NCBI RefSeq assembly: GCF_009914755.1
Contig: NC_060926.1
Reading direction: 5' to 3' (one strand)
DNA from: the human T2T-CHM13v2.0 reference genome, Homo sapiens
DNA length: 64,000 bases
The notes beneath the pieces are model-generated. The model was given only the letters and a program-made list of their open reading frames with translations. It was not told where the DNA came from and ran no database searches. The translations under genes and the position numbers were made by a program. Positions 28,520 to 41,258 of the stretch are shown one piece after another. The first letter of the stretch is position 1; each line of letters opens with the position of its first letter.

Positions 28520-29010
28520 TTCTACAATATGGCTTTGCCACTGCCCCATCAATAGAAGTTTACTTTTTCTCTCTTTGAATCTAGATAGGCTTATATGCTT
28601 CATGGCTTCCTCGGCAGGTGATAAATGGCAATTCAGCTTCAACCTGGATTACAGGAATAGCCATTGTTTTAGACTTCAACTGTCACGTAAGCAGTTCAGC
28701 TGAACTGAGGCACCATGACGTGAGGAAGCCCAAAGTCAGCCTATCTGGAGGGATCACATGGAGAGGTCCCAAGACTACACAAAAAGAAGATGATATGAAT
28801 GCCTGGCCAGCCCCTAGCTGCTCTAGTTCCTTGCTGTTCCAGCTCCAGCCATCATCCAACTGCAACTGCATGAGAGACCCCAGAAGCATAGAGCTAAGCC
28901 CTTCCCAAATTCCTTCCCACAGAAACCCTGAGAGATAATAAATGACTGTTGTTGTTTTCAATCACTGTTTTGAAATTGGTTGTTAGGCAGCAAGAGAAGC
29001 CAGAACAGGG
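28520..29010 (+). mobile_element. MLT1F/G-type MaLR LTR
   Basis: caccatgacgtgaggaagccca...ctgcaactgcatgagagacccc...cccacagaaaccctgagagataataaatg. Confidence 0.7.
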
Positions 29011-29857
29011 ACCTTGGAATACACAGAATTTCTTAATCAGGATACAAAAAGAGCTAACCACAAGCTTTAAAAAATGATACATTGGATTTCATTAAAATTA
29101 AGAACTTCAGTTTATCAGAAGATACTACTTATCAGAAGAGAGTGAGAAGGTGAGTGACAAAATGGGAGAAGTTTTCACAAACCATATCTGACAAAAGGAC
29201 TTGTATACAGTATGTAAAAGAATGCCAAAAAGTAAGAAGAAAAAGACAACAAACAACCCAATAAAGATGTTCACAAAACCCTTAAACAGTCACTTTATAA
29301 AAGAGAGTGTCTAAGTAGCTAATAAGCATATATCAAGTTTTCAATATTATTATTCATCAGGAAATAGGAATTGAAACCGCAATGAGAAACCACCATACAC
29401 TCATCAGAATGGCTAAAATCAAAACTAACAAGAGTAAGCATTGGCAGTGATGTGGAGAAATTGGAACCTTTATATATTGCGGATGGTAGTATAAAACAGT
29501 GTGACCGATTTGGAAAATTGTTTGGCAATATCCATTAAGCTAAATATAGTTCTACCTTATGACCCAGAAATTTCACTGCTAGGTATATACCCACTAGAAA
29601 AGAGTTCATATGTTCACCAAAAGGTATATACAACAATGTTCACAGCGCCTTAATTAATAACATCCCCAAACTGGAAATAATGAAAATGTTCATAAACAGA
29701 AGAATGGGCAATAAATTATGGTATATTTACACAACAGAATACTCAACAATAAAAACAACAAACTACTGATACCACAAAAGCATGGATAAAGATCCCAGAC
29801 AGTATGCTGAGCAAAATAAATGGGCATGAAAGAATACATACTGTATGTTTCCATTCA

Positions 29858-30212
29858 TAGTAGTCCCCCCTTATCTGTGGTTTTGCTTTCTGCGGTTTAG
29901 GTGCCAGTGGTCAACCTCGGTCCAAAAATAGATGAGTAGAGTACAATAAGATATTTTGGGAGAGATGGGGGGAGAGAGGGAGAGAGAGAGAGAGAGACCA
30001 TATTTACAAAATTTTTATTGCAGTGTATTATTGTTCTATTTTACTATTATTGTTAACCTCTTGCTATGCCTAATTTATAAATTACACTTTATCATAGGTA
30101 TGTAAGTACAGGGAAAAAAAACATAGTATAGATGAAGTTTGGTACTATCTACAGTTTCAGGCATCTACTAGGGGTCTTGTAACATATACCACATGGATAA
30201 TCCAGGGACTAC
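29858..30212 (+). mobile_element. MER44A-like (Tigger7) DNA transposon
   Basis: tagtagtccccccttatctgtggttttgctttc ... tttcaggcatctactaggggtctt...ggataa...gggactac. Confidence 0.75.
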
Positions 30213-30865
30213 CTCATATGTTCAAGAGCAGACAAAATTAACATAATGGAAGTCAGAATAGTGGTTACTTTGCAGGGGTAGAAGGAACAAGGGAGCTTTC
30301 TGGGATGTTAGAAGCATTCGGTATCTTGATCTGGATGGTAGTTACACTAGAAAATACATATGAAAAAATTCATTGAGCTATACATTTAAGAGTAGTGATT
30401 CTACATATTTTACTGAATGTATATTATACCCCTACTAAAAAGTAGAAAGAAAAAACGGAAAAAAATATGCCAGAATATTAAGTGTATAACCAGACTGTCC
30501 TGAGAAAACTGGCATACACCACCACCCTATTTTTTAGGGAAAGGGACAAGAATGATATAAGGAAGTTTTTAATGGAAACTAAAATGTAATAAATTAAAAT
30601 CCACTTTGAGTTCAGTAAAAAGCAGAATTAGTGCTGAAGAAAACTGAATTAGTTATGAGAATGAAAAAAACAGGAAAAAACACCTCATAATTAAGATGAA
30701 AGGGGCAAGTCATGAAAACAAGAGAGAAGATAATAGGTATAGATTGGTGACCAGAACAAAGCAGACCAGAAATAATCAAAGATATGGCAGAAGAAAAGTA
30801 TTTGAACTCTAGGTAATAGCAGAAGAATTCCTTGCATCTCACTCAAAATTTGTGAACAGGGACCC

Positions 30866-31270
30866 ATCTATGGCAGAACTGCCTAACTGACCACCATAGC
30901 TTATGCTCCCCTTTCCATGGCACAGTGTTGTCAGCAGGCAGCTTCCCAGACAGGAACTGCATTTCCCACCTTTTTCTGTATCTAGGACAGGCCATGTACT
31001 AATTCTCATTAATGAATGTTACACATGTTATTTCCAGACCACTGTAGTTAAAAAGTCATTATACCTTCTTCTCCCTTTTCTGCCAGCTAGCTATTGATGC
31101 TGGTGATGTTAGAAGCCATTAGTTGAAGATGGCACGTGTTCCATCAGCCAAGGTCCCTGAATGACTGTGTGGAGCACAGTCTTCTCTTAAGCCCCACTAC
31201 AAACCAGAAACTACACATTAGACAATTCTGTTGTGTTAAGCTACTGAAATATTTGGATTTATTTGCTCCA
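30866..31270 (+). mobile_element. MLT1I/J-type MaLR LTR
   Basis: actgcatttccca...ggccatgtactaattct...gtccctgaatgactgtgtggagca...tgtgttaagctactga. Confidence 0.65.
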
Positions 31271-31499
31271 GTAAATATAAAGCAATGGGAACTCTCATAG
31301 TTGGCTGATTGGAGAGGTACAACTACATTGGAAAACTGTTCGGATTACCCAATAAAGTTGAACATGTAGATACTCTTTGACCCAGGAATTCAACTTCTAG
31401 TTATATATCCTATATGCAATGAATGTTTACAGCAGTATGGTTTATAGTAGTGAACAATAGGAAACCACCCAAATTTTCATCAAAAGTATGTCAGATGAG

Positions 31500-31634
31500 G
31501 GCTGAGCACAGTGGCTCATGCCTGTAATCTCAGCACTTTGGGAGTCCAAGGCAGAGGGATGGCTTGAGGCCAGGAGTTCAAGACCCACCTGGGCAACATA
31601 GCAAGACTCTGTCTCTATAAAAAATAAAATAAAA
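31500..31634 (+). mobile_element. FLAM_C / free left Alu monomer inside L1ME
   Basis: Single monomer with A-tail; TSD aaaagtatgtcagatga / aaaagtaggtcacatga. Confidence 0.85.
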
Positions 31635-31899
31635 AGTAGGTCACATGAATTGTGACATATTCATAACAATAATAAACCACAGAAAAATAAGCAAAACAAA
31701 TTACAGATTATACAGAAACATGGATAAATATAAAAACGTAATATTTAGTTAAAGAAGCATGTTCCATAAGAATATATATAATATGATTCCTTTTATATAA
31801 AATACAAAGATCAGGCAAAATTAAGCAATATACACCTACGTCTTGCTTAAGGACTTTAACCCACTCTTGGAAACCCCGCTGCTAGGTAAAAAGCCATTA

Positions 31900-32770
31900 A
31901 ATAAAAATATTTTTTCATTCCTTAACTTTCAGTGGAAAAATTATGATATACTCCATTGCAACCCAAGATACCTAAACAAATTGTATAGATAAAAATATGT
32001 TGATCAAGCAATGAAAAATAAAAGCTCTAAAAGTAATAAACACCAGCTTGAAAGGAAATAAAAACTATCTTAAATGTATGTGATGACATTTATTGCATTC
32101 ACAGAGATTGTAGAGAAGTCTATTCAGAAAATATTCACGTTATTTAGGTGGTCTTAGAACAAGAAATGACAGAACATTTCTCAATGCATTTCTCAAAGCT
32201 GGTATAACCCTGATACCAAACTGGACAATGACTAGAAAAAAAGAGAGAGATGACTTTAAATTATTGATCTGACCTATGAATATAAATTTTAAAAAAATCA
32301 TAAAGAAAATACTAGCAAATTGAAATCATCAGAAATTTGAAAGAAATACTCCATGACCAAGTAGACCTTGTTGAAGTAATGTAAGAATGGTATAATTATG
32401 GACATAAATGCTTAATTTATCGCATTGTAGGTCAAAGAGAAAAACACAGTATTAATAGATATCAAAAGTAATTTGATAAAAGTCAATATTTACTTTTTAT
32501 TAATCCTCTAGTAAATTGGGAACAAGGGGTTTTTTCCTTAATATATATTTAAATAAAACCGACTGCCAATATTATTTTCAATGATAAACACTAGAGGTAT
32601 TCCATTCAAACTAGGAAAAAGACAAGGAACATTCTATCGCCTATTCTTATCACTTTTCTGAAAGTGCTAATAAATGCAATTAGATCTTTAAATAATTAAG
32701 CAGTGCAGGTTGGAAAAGCAGAGAAAAATGATCATTTTAAACATATTATCAAATTTTCTACCTGGAAAAA
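31900..32770 (+). mobile_element. L1M ORF2 (RT region) relic
   Basis: ataaccctgataccaaa; catgaccaagtag; atttgataaaagtcaa; aaagacaagga. Confidence 0.65.
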
Positions 32771-32774
32771 TGTT

Positions 32775-33940
32775 AGATGGATGGAGTGGTGGGGGCAGTC
32801 CTCCCTTAGTGTAGGCAGTAAGAGAGTGTATATCCTGTGGAGAATTTTAAAAACAATGATAAATTGACTAAAAGTCTGCCTGCTTTTATAATCACTTGAG
32901 AGGGACAGTTCTAAACAACGCCAGTAACAAAATATTCTTCCTCCTAAAAAATACTCTAACTTCTATACAATTGTTGCAGTTATTGTTGAGTTTAAATAAT
33001 GCATGTTTCCACTTAGTTGATTTTCATTACTTATCCATTAATAAACATTGTGTCCTACATGGAATTAATTGAGACCTCTCAGGTAAATAGTCAGCCCCTG
33101 ATACACATGGATTTAGTTACACGGGTTGTTTGGAAAGTAAGTTTATAACAATTTAGAGTCATTTAATCCTGCTTCAGAGGCACTTTGTGTCTCCAATTCT
33201 GTGGCACTACATAGTCCTACACTGAAAGAGATTTGCAATAAACAATAAAGGCACAGTAACTGTAAGGGTAAAGAAATAGAGCTGGAGTTACTTCAATTTG
33301 GTCATGTGACCATTGCCAGAAGAATTCAAAAGGGCAGAGTTTGAATGTCTTGATCATTTTCACCAAGAATAGAAACTCATTCTTTTTTTTTTTTTTAACC
33401 GCTCCTTGTAGATAAGGACTACCCCATGGGCAGCACGCTGACAGTAGCCTTTAAACATTTTATTTATTTATTTTTGAGACAGAGTCTCAGTCTGTCGCCC
33501 AGGCTGGAGTGCAGTGACATATTCTTGCTCACAGCAACCTCTGCCTCCCAAATTTGAGCAATTCTCCTGCCTCAGTCACCTGAGTAGCTGGGATTACAAG
33601 CACGTACCACCATGCCCAGCTAATTTTTTGTATTTTTAGTAGAGACGGGGATTCGCCATGTTGGCCAGGCTGGTCTTGAACTCCTGATCTCAAGTGATCT
33701 GCCCACCTCGGCCTCCCAAAGTGCTGGGATAACAGGTGTGAGCCACTGTGCCTGGCCAAGAATGAAAACTCATTCTAAAGCAATGGATCAAGTAATGGCA
33801 ATGTTTGCTATGATCCTCCTATTTTCTATGATTTTTGCAAGAGAAGAAAAACTTCATAGGTTTTTATAAAATGTAATAGAAATATATGATGAATTTCTTG
33901 GTGAAGATATTTTAATGACAGCATCATTGTAACAACAGAT
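32775..33940 (+). mobile_element. MER97-like hAT-Tip100 element, interrupted by Alu
   Basis: tgtggagaattttaaaaacaatgataaattgactaaaagtctgcctgcttttataatcac. Confidence 0.55.
33457..33757 (-). mobile_element. AluSx
   Basis: Antisense dimer; 19-bp TSD-like repeat at 33365-33383 and 33758-33776. Confidence 0.93.
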
Positions 33941-34280
33941 GCAAGGAAGCCAGGGAGGATCCCCTAGCGATAATCTAGGTGGAAGGAGATGGTTACCGGG
34001 ACCAGGGTGATACTGGTGGAGTTGGTGAGAATTTTGGGTGGATAGCAATGACAGGAATGGCAGGATTGACTGATGGTGGTGTGACAGGAAGAGATTTCTG
34101 GCCTGAGCAACTGGGCAGTTGGAAATGCCACTTACTGCCATGGGGAAGAAAATGAAAGGTACAATCTTTTTGGGGGGGTGCAGAAGTTAGTTTTGGACAT
34201 GCTAAATTTAAGAGTAGATATCTAAGCAAATTTGCCAAATAGGCAGCTGAATATACCAGTCTGGGCTGGAGGTATGGATT
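33940..34280 (-). mobile_element. L2 fragment
   Basis: tttctggcctgagcaactggg...gttagttttggacatgctaaattt. Confidence 0.7.
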
Positions 34281-37200
34281 TTGAACCCTCTTGAAGCAAG
34301 AGGGTCTGTTTCATGAGCTGGGATTTTGTTCTACCCATGCTGAAAACAAATAGGAAAGGACAAATAACCAACTTCATAATTAAAATCTTTAGGATTAGAT
34401 GATTTAGCTTGGATCACACAACTGCAAAGAACAGATTGCATCTATTGGGGTCCCCACCCATGCTTTGGACTTCAATTGTGTTAACCTCAACATCCTCAGG
34501 AATTGCTCTGTAGCACATTGACATGTGATCCAGAAATGCATCAGTATCTGGTTTTTAACTAATGTGATGTCAGTGAGTCTGTGATGCAGCTGAAGCTGGA
34601 AAATCTCCTCCATATCAATGGATTCAGGCAGGTCCCCCATAGATGCTACAGGCCTTTGTTATAGGACCTTGGCTCATCAAGAAACAAAAAGTTTTTAATA
34701 TTGCTCACCTATTCTAAAATTGTTTCTATGCCTTTCTGAAAATTTTTCCCTTTTAAGAAAAAACCATGAGGGGCAAGGTCAGGGTTGGAGGCCCTCCAGC
34801 AGTCCATGATGGTGATAATGGGCATGCCTGCTGCGGTCCCCAGTCTCAGCCTTGCTGTCTCTGGCTTGTAAAGCCTGGTTTGGGTATCAAGGGCAATACT
34901 AGGGTTTTCTGGATACAACTGTAACTTGCAATTAAGAGCAACCCAAAGGACAATTTGGCAGCTATGGAGGTCATGCTGCCACCTGAAACTTACAAATGTA
35001 ACTACTTCTTACACTCCTACCAGCATTCTGTGTGGCCAACTTTAATTTGCATTTCTTTGTATACTAGTGAAATTGATCATTTTCTTAATATATTCACTGG
35101 CTGTTCTTTTTTCTTCTTTAAATTCTGTCATTTTTAACCAAAATTCTTGTTATGTGTAGTCTGTTGATTTTATTTTTAGTAGTGCATGAATTGAAATTGT
35201 TTACTCCATAAGAATTTCCATTTTTTTTCTGTTCTGTTCTAAATGGTCTCTGAATACATCCTGAATATTATCTTTGAACATTTTATTTCATTTCTGGTGG
35301 TAGCACTTTAGGGGTGTCCTGATGTTTAAAACCAGCTAACTTGTTAATCCCCTCCCCATGAGCGGCCAACTGGAGTCAATGAAGAAGCCTTCATTGAAAT
35401 CTCCTCCAATATTGCTGCATTTGAGGGATTCATATAACCCAGCTGAAATATCCATGGTCAAGCCAAGCCTTTCCTGATAAGATATATCTGCACAATGCTG
35501 TTTAACCATATCTACTTGGGCATTCTGGATTCTGCACAGTCTTCAAAAGTGAATGCCTGAAACCAAACACCCAACCCACTCTCCACACACTTTCTTACAT
35601 CTTCTATGCATTTGGACATGGTGATGGATGTGGGGGTGGGGGAATGAGGAAGTGACTGCTAGGGCCCCTGAGGTTGTAAATGCTACCAAAGTCAGGATTT
35701 CTAGGGGAAATAAAAAGCTATTTTAAGCAGACCAATTGCTGTCACTCTAGTTTAGGTTAAACCCTACAAGCTCCTCTGGAGTTGCAGCTGTCTTTGTTCA
35801 GCTGGGATAGCTGTAAAAATAATAGGGCCCATCACACACAGCACACATACTGTTGTACTCTTTCACATCGGCTCTAGGGTTCTGCTGGGGTTATAGACAC
35901 TGTTGCCCTTGCAATGGTCAAAATAAAACCATTCCGACTGAGGGCACCCTGATGCCACAATTTACGGAACGTCATAAATTCATTAATAGGTAATGTAGCA
36001 TTTGTATAAGCTCTCTATGATGTTGTTGAAAGCTTGCTGATAGCATGGAAGAGGACAACTGAACAACAACAACAAAAATCCACCTTTCATCATCACAACA
36101 GAAAGCACGGAGTATTTGAATCTCTAAGAATAGTTCTGCATTAAATCGACAAGTTGTCTACCTGGTGCTAAGATGGAGAGAGGAAAATAAGCGGATGGCA
36201 CTTTAAATTCATGAAACCACGTTTCAGTTTGGGAGCTGATCCTTATAGATGCCCTAATAGGACTTCAGTGAGATCTAGGGAGCCTCCCCAGCCCAGTGAG
36301 TCTCACGACGAAATCTCTAACATCTCCCAGTCCGTGGCTTCTCAAATAAAGCGACTTCATTTAACTGCATGAAGTTTATCTTTATCCTCATATGCAGCTT
36401 GAAAACTATTCTCCCCCATCCATCTCTGTATCTGTGCCAACAAAAGGAAATATATATATACTTGTAAGCATATATGTGCTTATATGTATGTATGTGTATG
36501 TGTGTACATACCCCCCCACACCAACTTATAAGATAATAAAAAAAATTTTCTGTCAAACTTCAAGCAAATGTTTAAAGTCCAGAGATAATTCTAGCTCCAA
36601 ACATCACCCAAGCACAGTAGTCCACCAGGAAGCATAAAGCTGATAATTTTCCCTTCCTGTGATCACAGCTGATTCAGCACTGCAGGATGTAGAGTGAAGA
36701 GGAGAATCTAAAAACTCTAAATCAGAAAACAGAGCTGCAGCTTCTTAAAAACTTCCTAACTTTATGTGTATCTTTAGATATGCCTTGGAAACCCTGGATG
36801 TCATAGTAGTTTGATTTTTTAAAGTGGGCTGTGGATGTCACACAGAGATGGTAGAAATGCAACGAGTCTACGTGTTGTAAGAAGGTGTTGCAGGGACGCC
36901 GAAGGGGCTTCTCTACCTGCTTTCATCTAGCAGAGGCCCCCTTTCCTCTCTCTCTTCCTGTCTCCTTTCCCCACCCTTCCTCCTCACCAGTCATATTTTC
37001 CAAACATTTTGCTCTGCAGGTAATTCGTTTCCCATCAGGTGACCCTTGCAGCCTACGCTCAAATGTGTCTTCTGCAGATCACAGTTGCCAGTTGACCTAC
37101 TCGTCTTCCTCAAACCCTTTTTTGTGCTTCTTTCTTATAAACCTGCATGATGAAGAAGCTACAACAGGAAAAATGTGTGGACATGAAGGGAACTTGTGAG

Positions 37201-38682
37201 TAGGTGTTGTTGAGTACATGCCTGTGTGTGTATATGTGCTAGGGACACCTACCAGGGAGGTCCAAGTGGATAAGGCCTTCAAATAAGATTCTGATGGTAT
37301 AAACCAATTTGGTTTACACATGCTTAGGAGTGTGACATGGTTTTATCATCTTTTTGGAAAAGCTTCTATGTCTGAGGGATGTGCTTGAGGAGAGATGGGT
37401 GCAGGGAGTGGCGAGGGTGCTGGGTGTGAAGGCTTACATTGTGTTTGGAAATCAGCTTCAGGTTTGGTGTTGCACATTTTTCTGAGAGTTTCAGAGCTAG
37501 TGTTTCTTAATTTTTGAGTCTTTTGGAAAATCTCATGAAACAGCCAAGATTAAGAGAGAGATGGGGGCAGGGAAGGGGGTTTGAGGCTGCTGAAGCCCCA
37601 GGTTCAGATGTAAACCCCAGAGGCGTTTCAATTCAGGGATCTCAAACCCTTACCTGAGCTTTATTTCTACTATTCAGAGAGTTTCCTCACAACTCACCCT
37701 ATCCCACCCACAGAAATAGTCATTTCAGACTTATGGGGGCAGAAGCATTTTCTGAGAACCTGGTACTGGTAGTTTTTGGTACAATATTTTAGCAAGATAG
37801 GGTTATAAGAGCTCTTAAACATCTTGGTTTAGTTTAGACATAATGGCTGCAATCTTATTTATGGAATGAAGATTAAAAGACGTAACCAAAAAATGTTCGT
37901 GGGGGCAGGCTGAAGTGGGTTGCTGATTAAGAGATTAGCTTGATGACATTAAGATGAAAGTGAAGGGGTAGGGGGAGATGGCTGGATTAGTTAAAAACAT
38001 ATGGCCAGTGTAGTAGACTACAGATGTGTTTTCACAGTTTAAGGCTTCTGTTCCTAGTAAGAGATTTAATGTGAATATAACCCTTCAGGATACAGTCATT
38101 CCTTCTGTGGCTCTTTGCTTTAGTTTACATATTTAGCAAACAGGATACAAGCCTCCTACCCTGAGGGTCTGTGGGGGCAAGCAAGTATTGGCCATGGCAC
38201 ACATCTCAGGTTCGGGACCCACCCAAATTGTCACATCCTTACCGAATTCTCCCTGCCTCCACTGCATCCCCAAATGGCTTGGACATGGACTTGGGAAGGC
38301 TTTCATTGGCCTCCAAATTGCCGTATGCAGGGTTTCTGCCTGAGACACCCAGCACCTCTCGCAATTCAGTGTCGGGCTGACATTATTCTCAAAGCCTCAT
38401 CACTGATGACAGTGAGGTGAGCAAGAATCAAGGGCTTCGTTTTTTAAAACAATCTGTCAGCAGCTTTCAAAGTTGAATCTCAGGTCTTGTCCTCCCCTAG
38501 GCTTTAGTGATCTCTGGTAAACTGAATTAAAGCACATTAAATGCTCATTTAGGAGCACATTGGCCGCCTTATCCAAAGACACTTGCAAAGGGTGTAGGAG
38601 ATTGGCCTAGTTTAGTAGCATCCAGGCACAGTGAGGACGTGGCATCATTTTGGCCTTCAGCCTCCTGCAGTCTCTAAACCTC

Positions 38683-38993
38683 AGTATCTGAGTCTGTTTT
38701 GGCTGCTACAACAATATGCCTTAGACTGGGTAATTTATAAACAGTACAAATTTATTGCTTACAGTTATGGAGGCTGGGAAGTCCAAGATCAAGGCACCAA
38801 CAGATTTGGTGTCTGGAAAGGGCTAGTTTTCTGCTTCAAAGATGGCACCTTCTCACTACCTTTTTTATAAGGGCAGTAATCTCATTCATGAAGACCTAAT
38901 TACCTCCCAAAGGCCCACGTCTTAATACGATTGCATTGAAGATTAGGTTTTAACATATGGATTTTGAGGGGAAACATACCTTCAGACCATAGA
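38683..38993 (-). mobile_element. MST/MLT1A-type MaLR LTR
   Basis: ccttagactgggtaatttataaac...ggaggctgggaagtccaagatcaagg...ttcagaccatag. Confidence 0.8.
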
Positions 38994-39080
38994 CTGGTTT
39001 AGCCTGGATTCTTTAGAATTGGGCCTGATGGAACAGGAAACAATATTTTAAACAGTTAAAACAAAAGGTGGGTGGTGTGG

Positions 39081-39514
<434 letters not shown>

Positions 39515-39732
39515 TCATTACAGCACGTGAATCATACCACAGTAAAGCTGTTAAATAAAAAAGAAAAAAATATGGATCACAGACACCTACTTCTCCTGGT
39601 GGATGAACAACTGGTGACTCCAGCATAACCCAAAGCTGCATTAGAAAACCCTAAAAATTCTGTTTTCTCTGAACAAAGTCAGTGAGCAGAAATTCCAACG
39701 ATGCAGATTCTGCCTTAAGAAGGGGCCTTCTA

Positions 39733-39779
39733 GTTTACAGTCCCCTAAAACTTAAAGTATAATAATAATAATAATAAAA
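39733..39779 (+). mobile_element. 47-bp L1PA micro-insertion with inverted 5' piece
   Basis: ccctaaaacttaaagtataataat... 3' end between exact 16-bp TSDs AAGAAGGGGCCTTCTA (39717-39732 and 39780-39795). Confidence 0.88.
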
Positions 39780-40932
39780 AAGAAGGGGCCTTCTATTACA
39801 AAGACCCAATTAGCGAATGGAAGACTTTCTATGAGGTAGTGCCCTCCCTAGCACTAGATTCATACTCAGCAGTCTACCAGGGACAGAGGACCAAGGACTC
39901 TGCATTGAAACAGGTGTTGTGATGCCTCCTGGGATGATTCCAAGCTCTGAGGTCAGGGATCCTAGTGTTGGGATGTGGCAAATCCCCTTTTCTCTCTGAG
40001 GCTCAGTTTGTTCATCCAGAAGCTGGGGATGTTTCTGCTACATTTCTAATTCATTTGGATGGGATGTTTATGTGATGCTCTGAGATGTTGATCAAAGAGG
40101 CCAGAGGAACACAGATTCCCTGAAGACATAGACTTAGGTAATGACAGGAACTCGGCAACTGACAGACTACAATTGTGTGCCCATAATAATAGTAATTAAT
40201 GCAAGAATAATAACTTCGTTTTCTATTTCCTATTCCCACTTTTATTCTGGGAAGCTCACAAACCCAATAGAAAAAAAATTTGGCCACTTCTTGGGTGTGG
40301 TCTTATTGTAGTATTTTAATGTTTGCTTTAGTATTCATTGTTTTAAAAAATTATAAAAGTGCTATGTTGCCTGTAAGAAATTTAGAAAAGGCAGAAAGCA
40401 ATGAAAGGAATATAAATTAAATGAGAATCCCACAACCCAGTGATAACCACTATTAACATATATATTTGTTGTATTTTGGTATGTATCTTTCCAATCATAT
40501 AGAAATATATTGTTTTACAGAAATTATAATGTTTGTAAGCTAATTTCTAATTTAACAATATATTGCAGTCTTTTCTAAGTCATTAAATATGCTTCTAAAA
40601 TTATCTTTAATGGTTGCACAGTTTTGTATTACACTCTATTAATAGAATAGATAGGTTTATCTATTAATAGAAAATTAATATATTACATGTATTAATAATT
40701 ACATCAATAAATTATAAAATTAATATATAGTTTATGTTAAACTATAAAATTTTTATATTAGTTAACATATTTTATATATTACTATATATTAAAATGTAAA
40801 ATTGATATATGTTAATATATAAGCATATATTAATATATTTAATCGATTTCCTATTATTGTAGCTTTAGGTTACTTCCAATTGTTTCTGATATTGGCAATA
40901 AAATTTTTTAGGTCAAGATTTTGTGCATATAA

Positions 40933-41258
<326 letters not shown>

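Larger units (their letters stand above)
28190..30450 (+). mobile_element. L1M (MC/MD/ME-type) ORF2 and 3' region with nested insertions
   Basis: gaatacaaggtcaat; ctctacattgaaaactataaaac; tatgacccagaaatttcactgctaggtatatac; gaatacatactgtatg. Confidence 0.7.
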
